A DNA stretch of 64,000 nt from Lama guanicoe (lineage: Eukaryota): assembly GCA_013239625.1 (NCBI GenBank), contig MU055574.1, forward strand, positions 8,445,386 through 8,509,385, given 5' to 3'. The first letter of the stretch is position 1. Every line of letters starts with the position of its first letter. The position numbers were made by a program, and so were the translations under genes. Of this stretch, positions 1 through 12,157 are shown in pieces. Under the pieces are notes generated by a model that made no database searches, had not been told where the DNA came from, and saw only the letters and a program-made list of their open reading frames with translations.

Positions 1-341
1 TGTGTAGAAAAGTGACAGTGTTAAATACAGTCTTGAAGAGAGTGTTAAGAAGCATTTCCCTGAGCAAGTTCCACTGGTAGGAAGCTAAGTTTCCCCTTGC
101 GGTATGCAAAGGGTTATTTCAAAAGGATGGTAAAACAGTATCGAGGTTGTTGGGACTCAGTTATTGCCTGACTTGGCTTTTGGAATTTAGGAACAGTGAA
201 GACAGGAAACAGAATGGAAGAAATAATCAAGAAAACTTCCTTGGCTTCAGTGAGTACCTGGCTCAAAATCAGAAATACTTACTTCAGTTTAAACTAGAAA
301 GTTTGACTTTTCAACATTATTTAATGCTTGGAACGATTCAT
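1..341 (+). repeat. Copy A of an ~340-bp direct duplication (partner 11532-11870)
   Basis: Colinear shared blocks: ctggtaggaagctaagt, aggttgttgggactcagtta, aagaaaacttccttggcttcagtg, tttaaactagaaagtttg, ttttcaacattatttaatgcttgga. About 80% identity by hand count. Confidence 0.9.
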
Positions 342-588
342 ACTTGATTAAAATACATAGTTGAAAACTTTCCCTGTTTTTTGATGGGATTTTTTTAACT
401 TCTTAACTTTTTCAAGGCTCAAGCAATGATACCATCACAATTGTTAATTATTAGGTAAACTGTGACTTTCTTGCAGCAGACAAGTTGTTAGTGACCCCTG
501 TTCATGTGTCCATCCGTGACTGATGTGTTGTCATCTGGAGTGTTCTGAAAAAAATCTGTGGATACTGTTGGTCTGAGTTGGGTACAGA

Positions 589-616
589 ATGATTGAGGAA
601 GAACCATTTTTAGCAG
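589..616 (+). CDS. ZC2HC1B: ZC2HC1B coding exon 1 (MIEEEPFLA+G)
   Basis: ATG at 589 reads MIEEEPFLA and ends at a strong donor CAG|GTAAGC (617). Phase 1 joins exon 2 to give ...PFLADGNQELFPC, matching the recalled ZC2HC1B N-terminus. Confidence 0.88.
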
Positions 617-1449
617 GTAAGCTGCATTGATACCTAAATTTTTAGGAAGTGTCTTTGTCTATAATTCATTTGATTTTGGCTTTTCCTAAGCTGGTAGGTG
701 TTATCTTGTTTTACGTGCTGTCAATTCTAAATCTAAGTAATCACTGTAGAATTTTTTAAAGAGTTGTTAGAAATGGGAGCATTAGGTACTCGCCCAACAT
801 TGATACAAAAAACTTGGCTGAAGAGCTGGTCATTACAGAAGTAGAATCCTGGAAAGTGTATTTAAATGCCAACCTGCAGAAGCAAGGCCCGATGATGGTT
901 TATGTTAGTGTTTAGAATACACTGAGCTCTAAAGAGAAGGTCCATTTATTTTGGTAGGTATCTCAATTGAAAGTTCTTAAAATCAGCAAGAATCTTGTAG
1001 ACTCAGAGTGTTACTTTGACTTGGTGCTATTCACATTCCATCTTCGAAGCTTCTAATTTCACTGCACTTGACCCAAATGGTTTAAATCAACATGTGTATT
1101 TTGCAACTAAGAGAATGTGACTATAAGCTACTAGTCTTGGTAATAGAGCCTACAGTGGTTTTGGCTGATTATCCTCCAAATTTAAAGATCTTGATTTTTT
1201 TTCTGGAGAAAAAATGCTTACATAATATTTTGCATTATTTCATAACATTTTGGAATATTTGTGTCATCAATAAACAGTGGTTGGAACTTAATATAAGCTC
1301 CATGCTAAATGTTGGGTGTCCAAAGCAATAAAGAGGTTTGCCTTCAGAGACCACATTGTCTGAGGAGGCCGAGGGTGTGGAGCAAAATATAACTAGCGAT
1401 GCCAAGTCACTGTGGTAAGTACCACTTTAAATGAGGATCTTAGTACTTG

Positions 1450-1755
1450 CTGTTCCCCCTGAAGTGCTCTTACTGTAAATAACCTTCCTTAAAGATGCTA
1501 CCCAATTATCACCTCCCCTGTAAACTTTTCCCTGACCGTGTATTTAAAAATAGCGCAAACATCCCTCCTCTGCATTCTTTATGCTCCTATGTGTTATCCA
1601 TAGCATCTACTGGCATCTGAGACAGTTTTTTCAGTCTCCTTTCACTAGGACACACAAGGCAGGGTATTTTTGTTTACTGCTTTATTCCCAGGGTCTAGAA
1701 CAGAGCGTGACATTTAGTAAATGATCACTAAGCAGTATAAAAATGAGTGGATAGT
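1450..1755 (+). mobile_element. L2 3' end
   Basis: aaggcagggtatttttgtttactgctttattcccagggtctagaacagagc...tgagtggat. Confidence 0.6.
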
Positions 1756-2899
1756 TGGGAAAGACATTTCAGAAAAGAATTGCTTAAATTTGGAATAAAA
1801 GGACCTAGATTCAATGTTAGCCAGAAAGGTCTAAGGCATCATGACGGGCAAGATCATGAAGACTGCCTGCTGTATCTTAGGACCTGTTTTGTCGAAGCAC
1901 TGTCCATGACTGGTATAAAGTCGCTTTTCAGATACTTTAGAACTTTACAAGTCACAGTATCAAGAGCTATTACTGTTGGTGACTATTACCTGTGATGCAT
2001 TGTATCCCCACCTCCATTGTGATGTCATCCAGTCACCTCAGGTGGTGGACAGAATTTAGCTATCCTGTAACTGCTGTTAAATTAATCAGTACCTTTATGT
2101 TGCTTTCTCCTATGTGTTGACATCGGTATTTTTAAAAATTATTTGTTGTAGTATAGTCAGTTTACAGTGGTGTGTCAGAACATTAGTGTGTTTTATCCAG
2201 CTTGTTTCAGGTAAAGTTCAGAAGAAGGCAAAAATTCTAATGCCCTTCTATTTTAATTGTGGCCAATCTTCATAACATAGAAGCCACCTTGGGTTCATCC
2301 TGAATTTCAATTTAATGGGTAACTCTTATGAACTATCTGGACTTTCATATTAATTATCACCTGCATGGTATCTCTATAAACAGTATCCTGTTAAATTTTG
2401 AGCAACCGAGAAGTACAGATTAGCTCAATGAGGGCAGTATTTGCTACCATTTGAACAAGGCATCCTTGAGAAGATGAGCCAAATAGTGTTAGAGTCTGAC
2501 TTCAGCTCCCAAGAGTTCTTAAGAGCCCCATGTGGAGATGTCAGTGAGCAAGGTGATGAGTGAGTCCTGGGAACACAAGTCACTGCAGTTGGACATCCTG
2601 GATCTCCTGCCAAAGTATGCCTAGAGGTTGTATGCTCATTTTATGTTTTCTGCTTCTGTGCTCACTGTGACCTCCCTCCATCACTCAAGAGATCAGTACC
2701 TAAGTTTCCTGTGGAGTGAAATGAGTGTCCTCAGCTGATCTAGATTGCATCAGAATATGAAGGGAGAGCAGGCACTTAGCTGGAACTTGGTCGAACAAGC
2801 CAAGCATAGAACAGAATGAGACCCAGATATATATAGGGCGTACTATCCTTAGGTTACAAAGCACTGAGTACTAGGTTGTGACAGCCTTCAGCATGTCTA

Positions 2900-3950
2900 T
2901 GTCTTTCATCATACTCCTCCAGTCTGAACTGGTTGCTCTCTGGGTCTGGTGCCCAGCTGTTAGCCTGGGAATCCCCTCCTCTCCCTCCTGTGTGGAATCG
3001 CCTGTTTGCTGACCTTTTACTCATCTCGTTGTGGGAGCCTGTCCTCCAGTAATTCTTGAGACAGGGTACATGGAATGTAAATTTTTTGAAAGCTGCGTGT
3101 CTGAATATGTATTCTACCCCCATATTTGATTGATAGCTTGGCTGGGTATAAAACTGTAGGTTATAAATTATTTTCCCTCATAAGTTTAGAGGATTTTTTT
3201 TCATATCCATTTTTACTGTTTGTGAATCTGAAGCCAGTCTGATTTGTAATACTTTGCATGTTACTTTTTTTTTCCCTCTAAGTCAGTAGCATCTGTCTCC
3301 AGTGTTGAAATTTTACAATATTTATTGTTATGGGTCTATTTTCATCTGGGTCCTCTCAATGAGGAGGTTCATGTCCTTTCACTTCTGGAAATAGTTTTAA
3401 ATTATTTCTATTTTCTTCCATGTGTTTTCTCCTTTTCTCTCTTGTACTCCAGTTATTTGGAGAAGGACCTTTTGGAAAGGTACTCTAATTTGCTTATGTT
3501 TCTCTCCATTTCTATGCCATTTTACTCTACTTTCAGGGAGACTTCCCTAATTCTATCTTCCAACCTTCTATTGATGTTTTCATTTCTCCTGTTAGGCTTT
3601 GAATTTCTAAGAGCTTTAATTTTCCATTATATTTCTCTTTTATTTGGGGCTTACATGCCAGAGACTTTCCTCAGATCTTTGGAAATTCCTGTTTGTTCAT
3701 GATTAAGATCGAAGGAAGAAAACCCTGGAAACTGAATGGATGAGTAGCATTTGATGATTTTGAGCTTTTATTGTAGGGTAGTCTAGGTGAACTTTTTGGG
3801 AATCTTCCCAATGTCAGTATCTTTATCTCTTTCTGCTTGGAGTGGTTATGTTCCCAGGGAAGCTTTCATTCTGCCTTGAGAATAAGGGTCTGGCAAGCAG
3901 AATTCTGTGAGCCAAGAAGAGGAAGTGGATGTTGGAATTCTCTGCTTTTC
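2900..3950 (-). mobile_element. Ancient L1M/HAL1-like fragment
   Basis: T-rich degenerate sequence with tgattgatagcttggctgggtataaaactgtagg, typical of antisense ORF1-region relics. Boundaries approximate. Confidence 0.55.
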
Positions 3951-4028
3951 AGCATCACTGTGAGATTAACAACTAGATTATATACATACTCATGTGCATA
4001 TGTGTATATGTATACCCACATACATATA

Positions 4029-4923
4029 CACTTAACCCTCATTAATCATGGAGTCCCTGTTTGCAAATTTGCCTACTGAATAGTATCTGTAACCCTGAAT
4101 CAATACTCATGCCACTTTACTTGCAGGCACGCACGTAGCAGTTGAAAAGTCGTCACCCAACACACGTGTTCCCAGCTATGGTAGATCGAGCTGATGCTCT
4201 CTTCTTTCAGCTCTCATGCTGCAAACAGGTGTCTTTTTTACAGTCTATTTAGTGCCATAGTTTCCATATTTTTGCACTTGGTGATGTAACTGTTTAAAAG
4301 GGCTCCCAAGCATAGTGCTGAAGGGCTGTCTAGTGTTTCTAAGAGCAGGAAGGCTGTGATGTGCCTTACGGAGAAAATGTGTCTGTTAAATATTCATGCA
4401 GGCATGAGTTACAGTGTTGTTGGCTGTGAATTCAGTGTTACTGAATCAACTATGTATTTAAACAAGGTGTCTTTCAAAGAGAAAGACAAAACAAGGTTGT
4501 GTATTGATAGGTTAATAAAAATGTTGGGGTGGGAAGGGATAAATTGGAGTTTGAGATTTGCAGATACTAAGTAATATATATAAAATAGATAAACTTGTAG
4601 TTCATACTATATAGCACAGCGTACTATATTCAATATCTTGTAATTTATGCTGAAAAAGAATATAAAAATGAATATATGTATGTTCACATATGACTGAAGC
4701 ATTATGCTCTACACCAGTAATTGACACAACATTGTAAACTGACTATACTTCAATAAAAATATATATACAAAAATAAAAATAAAAAATTTTAAATAAAAAC
4801 ATTGTGACCCAGAGGCTCACAAGAATCTAACTTTATATTTCCCCTGGGAGTAACAAGCCAGTCAGTATTTAGTCCTCGCAGGACTTAGGGAACATAGCTA
4901 GCACAAATAATGAGAATCAACTG
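4029..4923 (+). mobile_element. MER82-like TcMar-Tigger non-autonomous DNA transposon, interrupted by an L1 tail
   Basis: Body aaggctgtgatgtgccttacggagaaaat...ggcatgagtta with a degenerate HTH-like ORF (4356..4574), terminal taatgagaatcaactg and TA flanks. Family name from memory. Confidence 0.75.
4527..4791 (+). mobile_element. 5'-truncated artiodactyl/camelid L1 3' UTR nested in MER82
   Basis: gacacaacattgtaaactgactatacttcaataaaa followed by an A-rich tail. TSD aataaaaa(tg/ca)ttg at 4514-4526 and 4792-4804. Confidence 0.85.
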
Positions 4924-6293
4924 TATGTATGTGTGTATGTCTATTACCTTCCCACCCAGGCCTTCAGCTGGGCCTCGCGTTGACTCATGTGCTGACCTCC
5001 TCTCTGTCCTTTCTGGAGAGTCAACTTCTGCTCGAGTTAAGGAAGGGCAAGCACCCAAGGAGCTGCGGGGTGAAGGAGGGGTTCTAGGAATCTTCCCTTC
5101 TTCTCAGAAAGCTTTCACCCTGATCCTCTGTATTTTAGCAACCTCTTCTTCCTCCTCACTAATCCTGTCCCCATGTCAGTATGTGCTGCTCCAGGGCTCC
5201 CTGTGACTTTTGAAGTGTTCTGCCGTGCAAATCTGTGCAAATCTGGATGGTTCTCAGTTTTTTCTACCATCAGCTTGGGAAGTGGATTTTGATGTAGTTT
5301 TATGTTTCCTAAGTTGGTTATCATGCCCATCATTTTCAGACTCCAGTTCTTTAGTCTTGTCCTCTTTCCTCCTTGTCCTTGTGGTTCTCCATGTTTCTAT
5401 ACCCCTTGTTGTTTTCCAAAGGGAAAGCAAAAATAAGGTGGGGTATTCTCTCTGCCCTCCTAACTCATCAGCCTCAGTTTCTTTTCTTGTTCTTTAATTC
5501 ATGTTTCTGAGATAAGTTTTGGTTGGTATGCCACCCCCTTTGCCATAGGACCCTGGAAGATATCAATATTGCTAACATTTGCGTGTTCTGGACTGTAAAG
5601 GACTTCAGGGTTTTTTGACTCACGGACAACTAAATGAGAAAATGTCTTCCTTTTTCCTTCTGTACAATGCCTATATAAGGAAATGTGGGTTGGTAGGTGT
5701 CTCTACAAAGCATTCTTAACTTCCAGCTCAGAAAGAGAATGTCTAGTCTCAAGTAGAATTTTTTCTAATTTCATTACAGCCATAATCCTCTCCAGGTTTC
5801 TTACAAAATTTTTGAACTGAGATCTTTATAATGCTTATTTTTTCATTGTTAACATGCTAAACAAAACTGTTGATCACTTCCAGATCACTTTCTTTTCCTC
5901 ATTTAAAAAATTGTCTTAAGGTTATAAACCAATGTATGAAAACAATAGCCACTTTAATAGTCTAAGACTCCGATTAGGATAAAGATAGAATAGCTAAGTT
6001 GATGCTCATTGTTTTAGAATCTTTTATATCAAAAGGTTCTTTTTTTAAAAAATGTCATTCTTTGATTCTGATTTTTAAATTGCAGAAAAATGGAAAATTC
6101 AGGTAACTAAAGAAATAATCATCTATTCTTACTTCTCAGAGATAATTACTGTGTGTATGTGTGTTGTGTGTGTGTGTCTACCGTATGTAGCCTTCCAGTC
6201 TTTATTTGTAAATACATGAATAAAAATGCATATTAACATTTTCCATGTTATTCTCCCACAAATCCTTTTTAATTACTAAAATTTTCATTCACT

Positions 6294-6494
6294 TGTTGGC
6301 AGCTTATTTCTGCAGAGGCCAAAAGGATAATTTTTGGCTTTGCAGTTACAACTACTCAACGCTGCTGTTGTGTGAAAGCAACAGTAGGTGTTATATAAAC
6401 CAACAAACGGGCTTGACTGTGTACCAGTAAAACTTTATTTATAAGATCATGCAGCCTCAGATTGGGTCTCCTGGCCACAATTTGCCAACCCCTA
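6294..6494 (+). mobile_element. MER58A-like hAT-Charlie MITE
   Basis: caactactcaac...taaaactttatttataa...tttgccaacccct terminal motif. Confidence 0.7.
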
Positions 6495-6504
6495 GATATT
6501 TAAA

Positions 6505-7015
6505 CTATTTATTTTGACATAATTTTAATTCACGAAAAGTTGCAAAATAGTACAGAGAGATTCCTGCACCCCTTATTCAGTTTCCCCCAAGTTACATCTT
6601 AACTACAGCACAGTGTCAAAATCTGGGAATATACATTGGTACAGTGTGTGTTTATAGTTCTATGCCATGCTATTACATGTATCACCACCACCACAATAAA
6701 GATACAGAAATGCCCCATCACCCACAGGTCTCCCTCATTCCATGCCTGTGTAGTCACCACAACCTCCCCTCCCTGACCAGCCCTACCTCTCGGCAATCGC
6801 TCATCTCTCTAATTTTGTCATTTTGAGAATTTTACAAATGGAATCGTACAGTATGTGACCTTTTGAGCTTGACTTTTTCACTCAGCAGTGAAACCGAATC
6901 GTGCTGTTGTAGGTAGTGGCAGTGTTCCTCTCTATCGCTGAGCAGTTTCCCAGGGTAGAAGCATAATAGCTTGTTCAGTCCTTCACCTGCTGAAGGGCAT
7001 CTTGGCTGTTTCAAA
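6505..7015 (-). mobile_element. Old L1M (L1MC/ME-like) 3' end
   Basis: aaagttgcaaaatagtacagaga...atggaatcgtacagtatgtgacc; minus-strand remnant of the ORF2 tail (KQPRCPS). Confidence 0.7.
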
Positions 7016-7369
7016 GGAATTTTTTAAGGCTCTCATGCTCACGTATTCCCTGTGACTCAGCATACTGTAGTAAAACTGCAGACCGCATTGATCTCGTGTT
7101 GTGTTCAGATGACTAGTCATGTGTTCCCTTCCTTCCTTATTGTCAAACTTCCAAGTTGAATGTGGTTCAGAATGTGTTGGTCCATCTATTTCAGGTGTTC
7201 GATTGAATCATATTGTATCTGTCATTATTTTAAGCTCATTGAACTCAGAACTCACTGATTTAAACCAAAGGCCATTGATCCTCCAGGGAATTCTATTTGC
7301 TTTACAGGTTAGTATTGACATATCTATATTTATGTTGATGGTTGAGTAAATAGTCTTAATGCTTGTAGA

Positions 7370-7580
7370 GACAGAGACTCAAGTTTGAGTCTCAGTGTTA
7401 CCACGTAGTCCCTGTTGCGCTCAAGAAGTCATCTAACCTTGACCCTTCAGTTTCTTACCTGTTGGGCATAAAGTACCAGCCCTGTCTCACAGGACTGCTG
7501 TGAGGAGTAAATGAGGTCACATAGGACAAGAGTGGAGAACAGGAAATCACACTACAAATGTTACAGTAATGTTTATAACA
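7370..7580 (+). mobile_element. MIR
   Basis: Core cttcagtttcttacctgt...ctcacaggactgctgtgaggagtaaatgag. Confidence 0.65.
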
Positions 7581-7829
7581 ATAAATCACCCTTCAGTAGT
7601 GTTTTAGAAAAAAGTAGCAGTTTTATCACTAGGATGAGTAGTTTTTATTAACAAGTAAGTATGTGGAGGGGTGGGATATCCTTGCTGAAAAAAAAAGACA
7701 ATTTTACAGAGTTAGAAGGCCAGAAGAACAGAGAGGAAGAGTGTAGTTCTGTATGCTGTAACAGATGACCTGTGTTGCAAATACAATACCATCTGGCAGA
7801 TGTGAGAAGAAATCATTTAAATCAACAGT

Positions 7830-8400
7830 GTCTGTAATGAGCTACCATCTGATTCCTGTTAATCAGGCCTTCCTTTTTCAAACTTTCTTCCCATGGTTTC
7901 CGTGACCCTGTTCTCTCCTGCTTCTCCTTCTGGCTTATCATCATCAGCTTCTTGGCCCTTAAATATGGAGTTCCCGAGGGATCATCCCTGTACTTCTCTT
8001 TCCATGACCTCTTCCCTGGCAATATCATGCCTTTACATCACTCTCCAAACAAAGCCTACATCTGTGTCTCTAGCCCTGACCTCCCTCATTTCCATCCTGC
8101 TGGCTGGACAACTCTATCTCAAACTCAGTATTTCCAACGCTGAGGTCATTTTTCTTACAAGATGGTCCTTCTTTTCCAGTTCTCTATTTCTATCCACAGT
8201 CTACCGTCTTCACAGTCCCTCAGCATTCTCCTCTCTTTGCCACCTCTCAGCTCCCCCCAAATCCACTCATCTTACTGATTCTTTGACCACAGTGTCTCCC
8301 ATTTCCTCTTTCCACTTTCCTTTCCATTTCAGGCCAACACCTTTAGGTTTTTAACTAAAACTCCACTTTCCCTCCCCACCATTCATCCCTCCTCACCTTT
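7830..8400 (+). mobile_element. L2 fragment
   Basis: CT-rich L2 ORF2-type sequence (ttcccatggtttccgtgaccctgttctctcctg...ctcaaactcag). Explains the Ser/Leu-rich ORF 7893..8354. Confidence 0.6.
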
Positions 8401-8445
8401 GTCACACAAATCTTGCTCTGTTCAGGTTCTTCCTACTCAGTGTCT

Positions 8446-8581
8446 TTCCCCTCCCCTTTGTGGGAGGAAGATAATTAGGTTTCTTTATTTATTTTTTCTC
8501 AGAGGAGGTACTGGGGATTGAACCCAGGACCTCGTGCATGCTGAGCATGCGCTGAACCATTTGAGCTATTCCCTTGCCCCA
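8446..8581 (-). mobile_element. tRNA-derived SINE, camelid Vic-1 type
   Basis: Minus strand: A-box-like tagctcaaatgg, B-box ggttcaatccc, A-rich tail with aaacctaatta. TSD actcagtg(t/c)ct at 8435-8445 and 8582-8592. Confidence 0.85.
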
Positions 8582-9004
8582 ACTCAGTGCCTCTGATTGC
8601 TCCCCTTGTTTGTAGAATACAGCCCAAATTGTTAGTCCAATATAAAATCTTCTCCATAATCATACTGATTTTTTAATCTTTATACACTCAACTCTAGATG
8701 AACTGGAAGGCAGTAACGTGAAACAAACTTTTTTTTCCCCATAATTTCATCACGGTTTGCTTTTTTAACTTAATTTATGGGCATACTTCCCCTCCTTTTC
8801 TATGCTGGACCCACGTATGTTTTCTTTCAGTGTTCCCACAGAGTTGCGTATGGCAGATATTTAATTATTTATTGTATGAATGATTGGTCCTGTGGTAGAA
8901 ACTCAATTCTTGTTTGGCCTATACACTCAATGAGTATTCACTGAGTACCTTACTGTGGGGCAGGTACTTTGAGGCTTTGGGATTTAGTGGGCACAGCCTC
9001 GGTC

Positions 9005-9465
9005 TTTTTTTTTTTTTCTTCAATAGTTGAGTTTATTCTTTATTTAACTTTGAAAACATGACAGTAGTTGAATTTTTTTTTTTAAAACAATAGCAAGTAG
9101 TGAGCACATTATGCTTCTGGTCCTTCACTCGATCTCTGCTGCACCTAAAATGTCAGCAGTGAGGGTTACTCTCAGGCTCCATTAGATCTGACCCTGAACC
9201 CCACCCCCAGAATGACATTCATCCCCCTCACATGCTTCTCCATTGTAATGGCCCTGTCTTTCCTGATCTGGAGCAAAACCTACCAGTTCTACTTGATCCA
9301 GCTCATCCTCTTCTACTTCCTTCCACTTGAGTAGAAGTTTTTCCAGCAAAGAGAGTTTATTGGGAGAGAGAAAGCCATTCTCAGGAAAGTTTACCTTCAG
9401 TTCAATAATTGGGCAACCTTTTTCATATGATCCCTGATAAATTGGGATGCCTTCATTTGGCACAT
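9005..9465 (-). pseudogene. DNAJA1: 5'-truncated processed pseudogene of DNAJA1 (Hsp40): C-terminal ~93 codons, 3' UTR and poly(A) tail
   Basis: Translation [42 protein letters not shown]...ELDQVELV...HYNGEA...GGVQ matches the DNAJA1 C-terminus. It is followed by a DNAJA1-like 3' UTR, two AATAAA (9044-9039, 9037-9032) and a poly(A) tract (9020-9005). No ATG (the track ORF starts at TTG). Confidence 0.92.
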
Positions 9466-9831
9466 AGATCTTACATTCTGGTAGGAATCTTAGAGGTGTT
9501 ACCACTGGATTATTTATGACTCTATACCAGGGTATCAACTTTGTACTTATGTCTAAAGCAAAGCTACCAGGTACTTAGTTTAAGAACATGTTACATATTA
9601 AATAATTAACACTCTAGTTGCCTGAAGCATATGGAATGTACCTGTTTGGTGAAGTGAGAAGTCTATATTAGGAGGAAAAGACACAGGTGAGTGTTTTCCT
9701 AAGAAAAGGAAGTAGTTGGGGAGGGAAAAGGGAGTGAGGATATTGAGCTTCTTGAGGTCTCTGGTTAGTCATTTCTTCTCGGGCAGGCAATTCCACGAAA
9801 CTAACATAATGTGCTCTTGGATCCCATACAG

Positions 9832-9893
9832 ATGGCAATCAGGAATTATTTCCCTGTGAAGTCTGTGGAAGACGCTTTGCAGCAGATGTTCTG
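9832..9893 (+). CDS. ZC2HC1B: ZC2HC1B coding exon 2 (DGNQELFPCEVCGRRFAADVL), first half of C2HC finger 1
   Basis: Acceptor atacAG|, 62 nt, donor CTG|GTAAAC. Carries the CxxC-GRRF motif. Confidence 0.95.
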
Positions 9894-11531
9894 GTAAACA
9901 TAAAGACATTTTGTAGATGTGTTTCATTGGAGTTAAATGAACTGTCAAGTTAGTGAGGAGGCCACAGTGGCAAAGATTAAAGACAGATGTGGAGGAAAAG
10001 CAAGGGGAGAAAAGTACATAACCTATGGCTGGCAGGCCCGGAGGACTCTCAGGCAGATCGATGCTGCCCCATTCAAAAGGAAACTTATTAAACATGGTCT
10101 TCTTACTAAAAGGACGCCAGATGAAAGTGTCTTGGCACAGAGGATTGTCTCTTGAGAGGTTCTGGCTCTTTTGCCTTTTCTATAAGCATCAAAAATTCAA
10201 ATTTTAAGGCCAAAGCACCAGGGAAATTAGCTAGTCAAGAGGAATGAACATTGAATTTGGAGCATCTGGAAACTTGGCTTTTAGCCTCAAATTTGTCACT
10301 ATTTCTGACAAGTCCTTTAGCCTCCTTCTGTTTCCTGCTTTGCCACGTCTAAAGACAGAACTCTCCAATTTCAGGGGTTTTATGTAATTTGAACAAACTA
10401 GATGTCAGGCCTGTTCCAAGATCTAATTGTTAATTAGATTCAAACTAACTGCATGTCAGGTCCCCTGACTGATGCCTATAGAGTTGAATAAAAGCTTGAT
10501 TTATTTCAAATTTAGGAAATCATGCAGGTGTTTGGCCTCCATATTAAGAAGAGACTCCCAAGAAAAAGTGACTTTTAAAAAATCTAAGATGATAATGATT
10601 TGTTAGTTGGGACACTTAGATCAAGGAGACTTACATTGAACTTCAAGAATTTGGACCATAAGCCTGATGACATTTGGGGCAAAAGACTACCAAATGAGGT
10701 TGTAGATTTTATTTCTCTGGGAACTTAAAAATGAAATGTCTGTTCTAATTAACTGCAAGTAGAGCTTCCTGAATCTAGAAGGAAAACCCACAGGGCCTGT
10801 TGTGGCCCCATGGTGCACCAGTGAGCTCCCTTGCTAGCCCAGGGCTACACCCCACGAGAATGGATTTGAGACCCAAGAGGTACCATTTGAGGCGGGATCA
10901 CCAAGTGCCAAGTATTCTTGAGTCCTCTCGAGTCTTGTTTCCTAGGCTTGTCTTTAGACTACAGAGAGCATTTGATCAAGTAATGTGATCTCTCTCTCTC
11001 CTTGAGTGTAGAGTGGCTTGTTCGTAGCCGGGTGCAGTGATTTTCATGGAGCATGTATTGTGGGGTCTTGACGACGTAACCGTGTGACAGCTGTTGCGAG
11101 TTGCATCACCACCAAGGCAGAGGACTTGGCGGGGAAGGCAAAGACGCTGGTATAATCCCACAGTGGAGCAGTAACAGGCTTCAGGAGGGTGGGGCACAGG
11201 TGCAGCTCCACGTGCTGGTTCCTGGTTTTGATCCCAGGGAAATGCTGGGTACTCAGAGGTCTGTTGACTGGAGTAGTTTTCTCTGCCGATTGTCTTATAA
11301 ATACTGTAATATTTTAAAATGTAATAACATAGGCTCAGATCTGCTCTAAAATGAATGACTTCATGAACGTGAAATGTTTGGATACATTAAGGGAAAATGC
11401 TTCCCTAACTTGAATGGAATATATATATTTTTCACTTGTACGGTCGTCCCAGTTGTTTTCCACAGATGTTCTCAAATATTTCTTTGAAATCTATCCACTC
11501 CCTTTCAGGAATTAAGTGGTCTGATTTGCTG

Positions 11532-11870
11532 TATGTAGAAAAGCGACCCAGTTAAACTCAATTTTGAAATGTTGAAATAGTTTTTCTGAGCAGGTAGTTT
11601 TTCTCCTCTGGTAGGAAGCTAAGTGTCTCACTGCTGAATGCGAAGGGTTACTTTAAAAGGCTGATAAACCAATCTTTAGGTTGTTGGGACTCAGTTACTG
11701 GATGATTTGCTTTTGGAATTTAGAAACGGTGAAGGCAGGAAACAGGACAGAGGAAATAAGAAAACTTCCTTGGCTTCAGTGTCTATCTAGCTGAATATCA
11801 GAAATATTTATTTCAATTTAAACTAGAAAGTTTGTGTTTTCAACATTATTTAATGCTTGGACCAATTCAT
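11532..11870 (+). repeat. Copy B of the duplication, in ZC2HC1B intron 2
   Basis: Colinear with 1-341 in the same orientation. Confidence 0.9.
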
Positions 11871-12157
11871 TGAGCCCAAGTGGTAGAGTTAAACGTATAA
11901 AGCCAAATTTTAAGTAAGTTTCTTTAGCTGTAGAGGCCTCTTAGTGACCTTGCCCGAACACAGTATCTAGTTATGTGTAACATGGGTGAAGAGAGCCAGA
12001 TGGATTTGCTCTGCTGTGATTTGAGAGTTAGAGAATGAACTTGGCTCTGAAGGTGCAACCCAGTCACTGCAGTGGGGGCTGCCTGAATACACTGAGGCAT
12101 TACGAACTTTGTGATTGTACATGTTAAAAATTTTAATCCCCACTCCTTCTTTTCTAG

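Noticed and set aside
7893-8354. 153-aa Ser/Leu-rich ORF
   Set aside because: Falls within a CT-rich L2 relic that is naturally poor in stop codons.
8490-8581. tRNA-like sequence with A and B boxes (also 23065-23125)
   Set aside because: Has an A-rich tail and TSDs and no complete acceptor stem, so it is a SINE rather than a tRNA gene.
11870-11900. Faint similarity of the sequence after duplicate copy B to ~1068-1096, which would suggest the copy deleted exon 1
   Set aside because: Only about 20 of 29 matches in AT-rich DNA; not distinguishable from chance.
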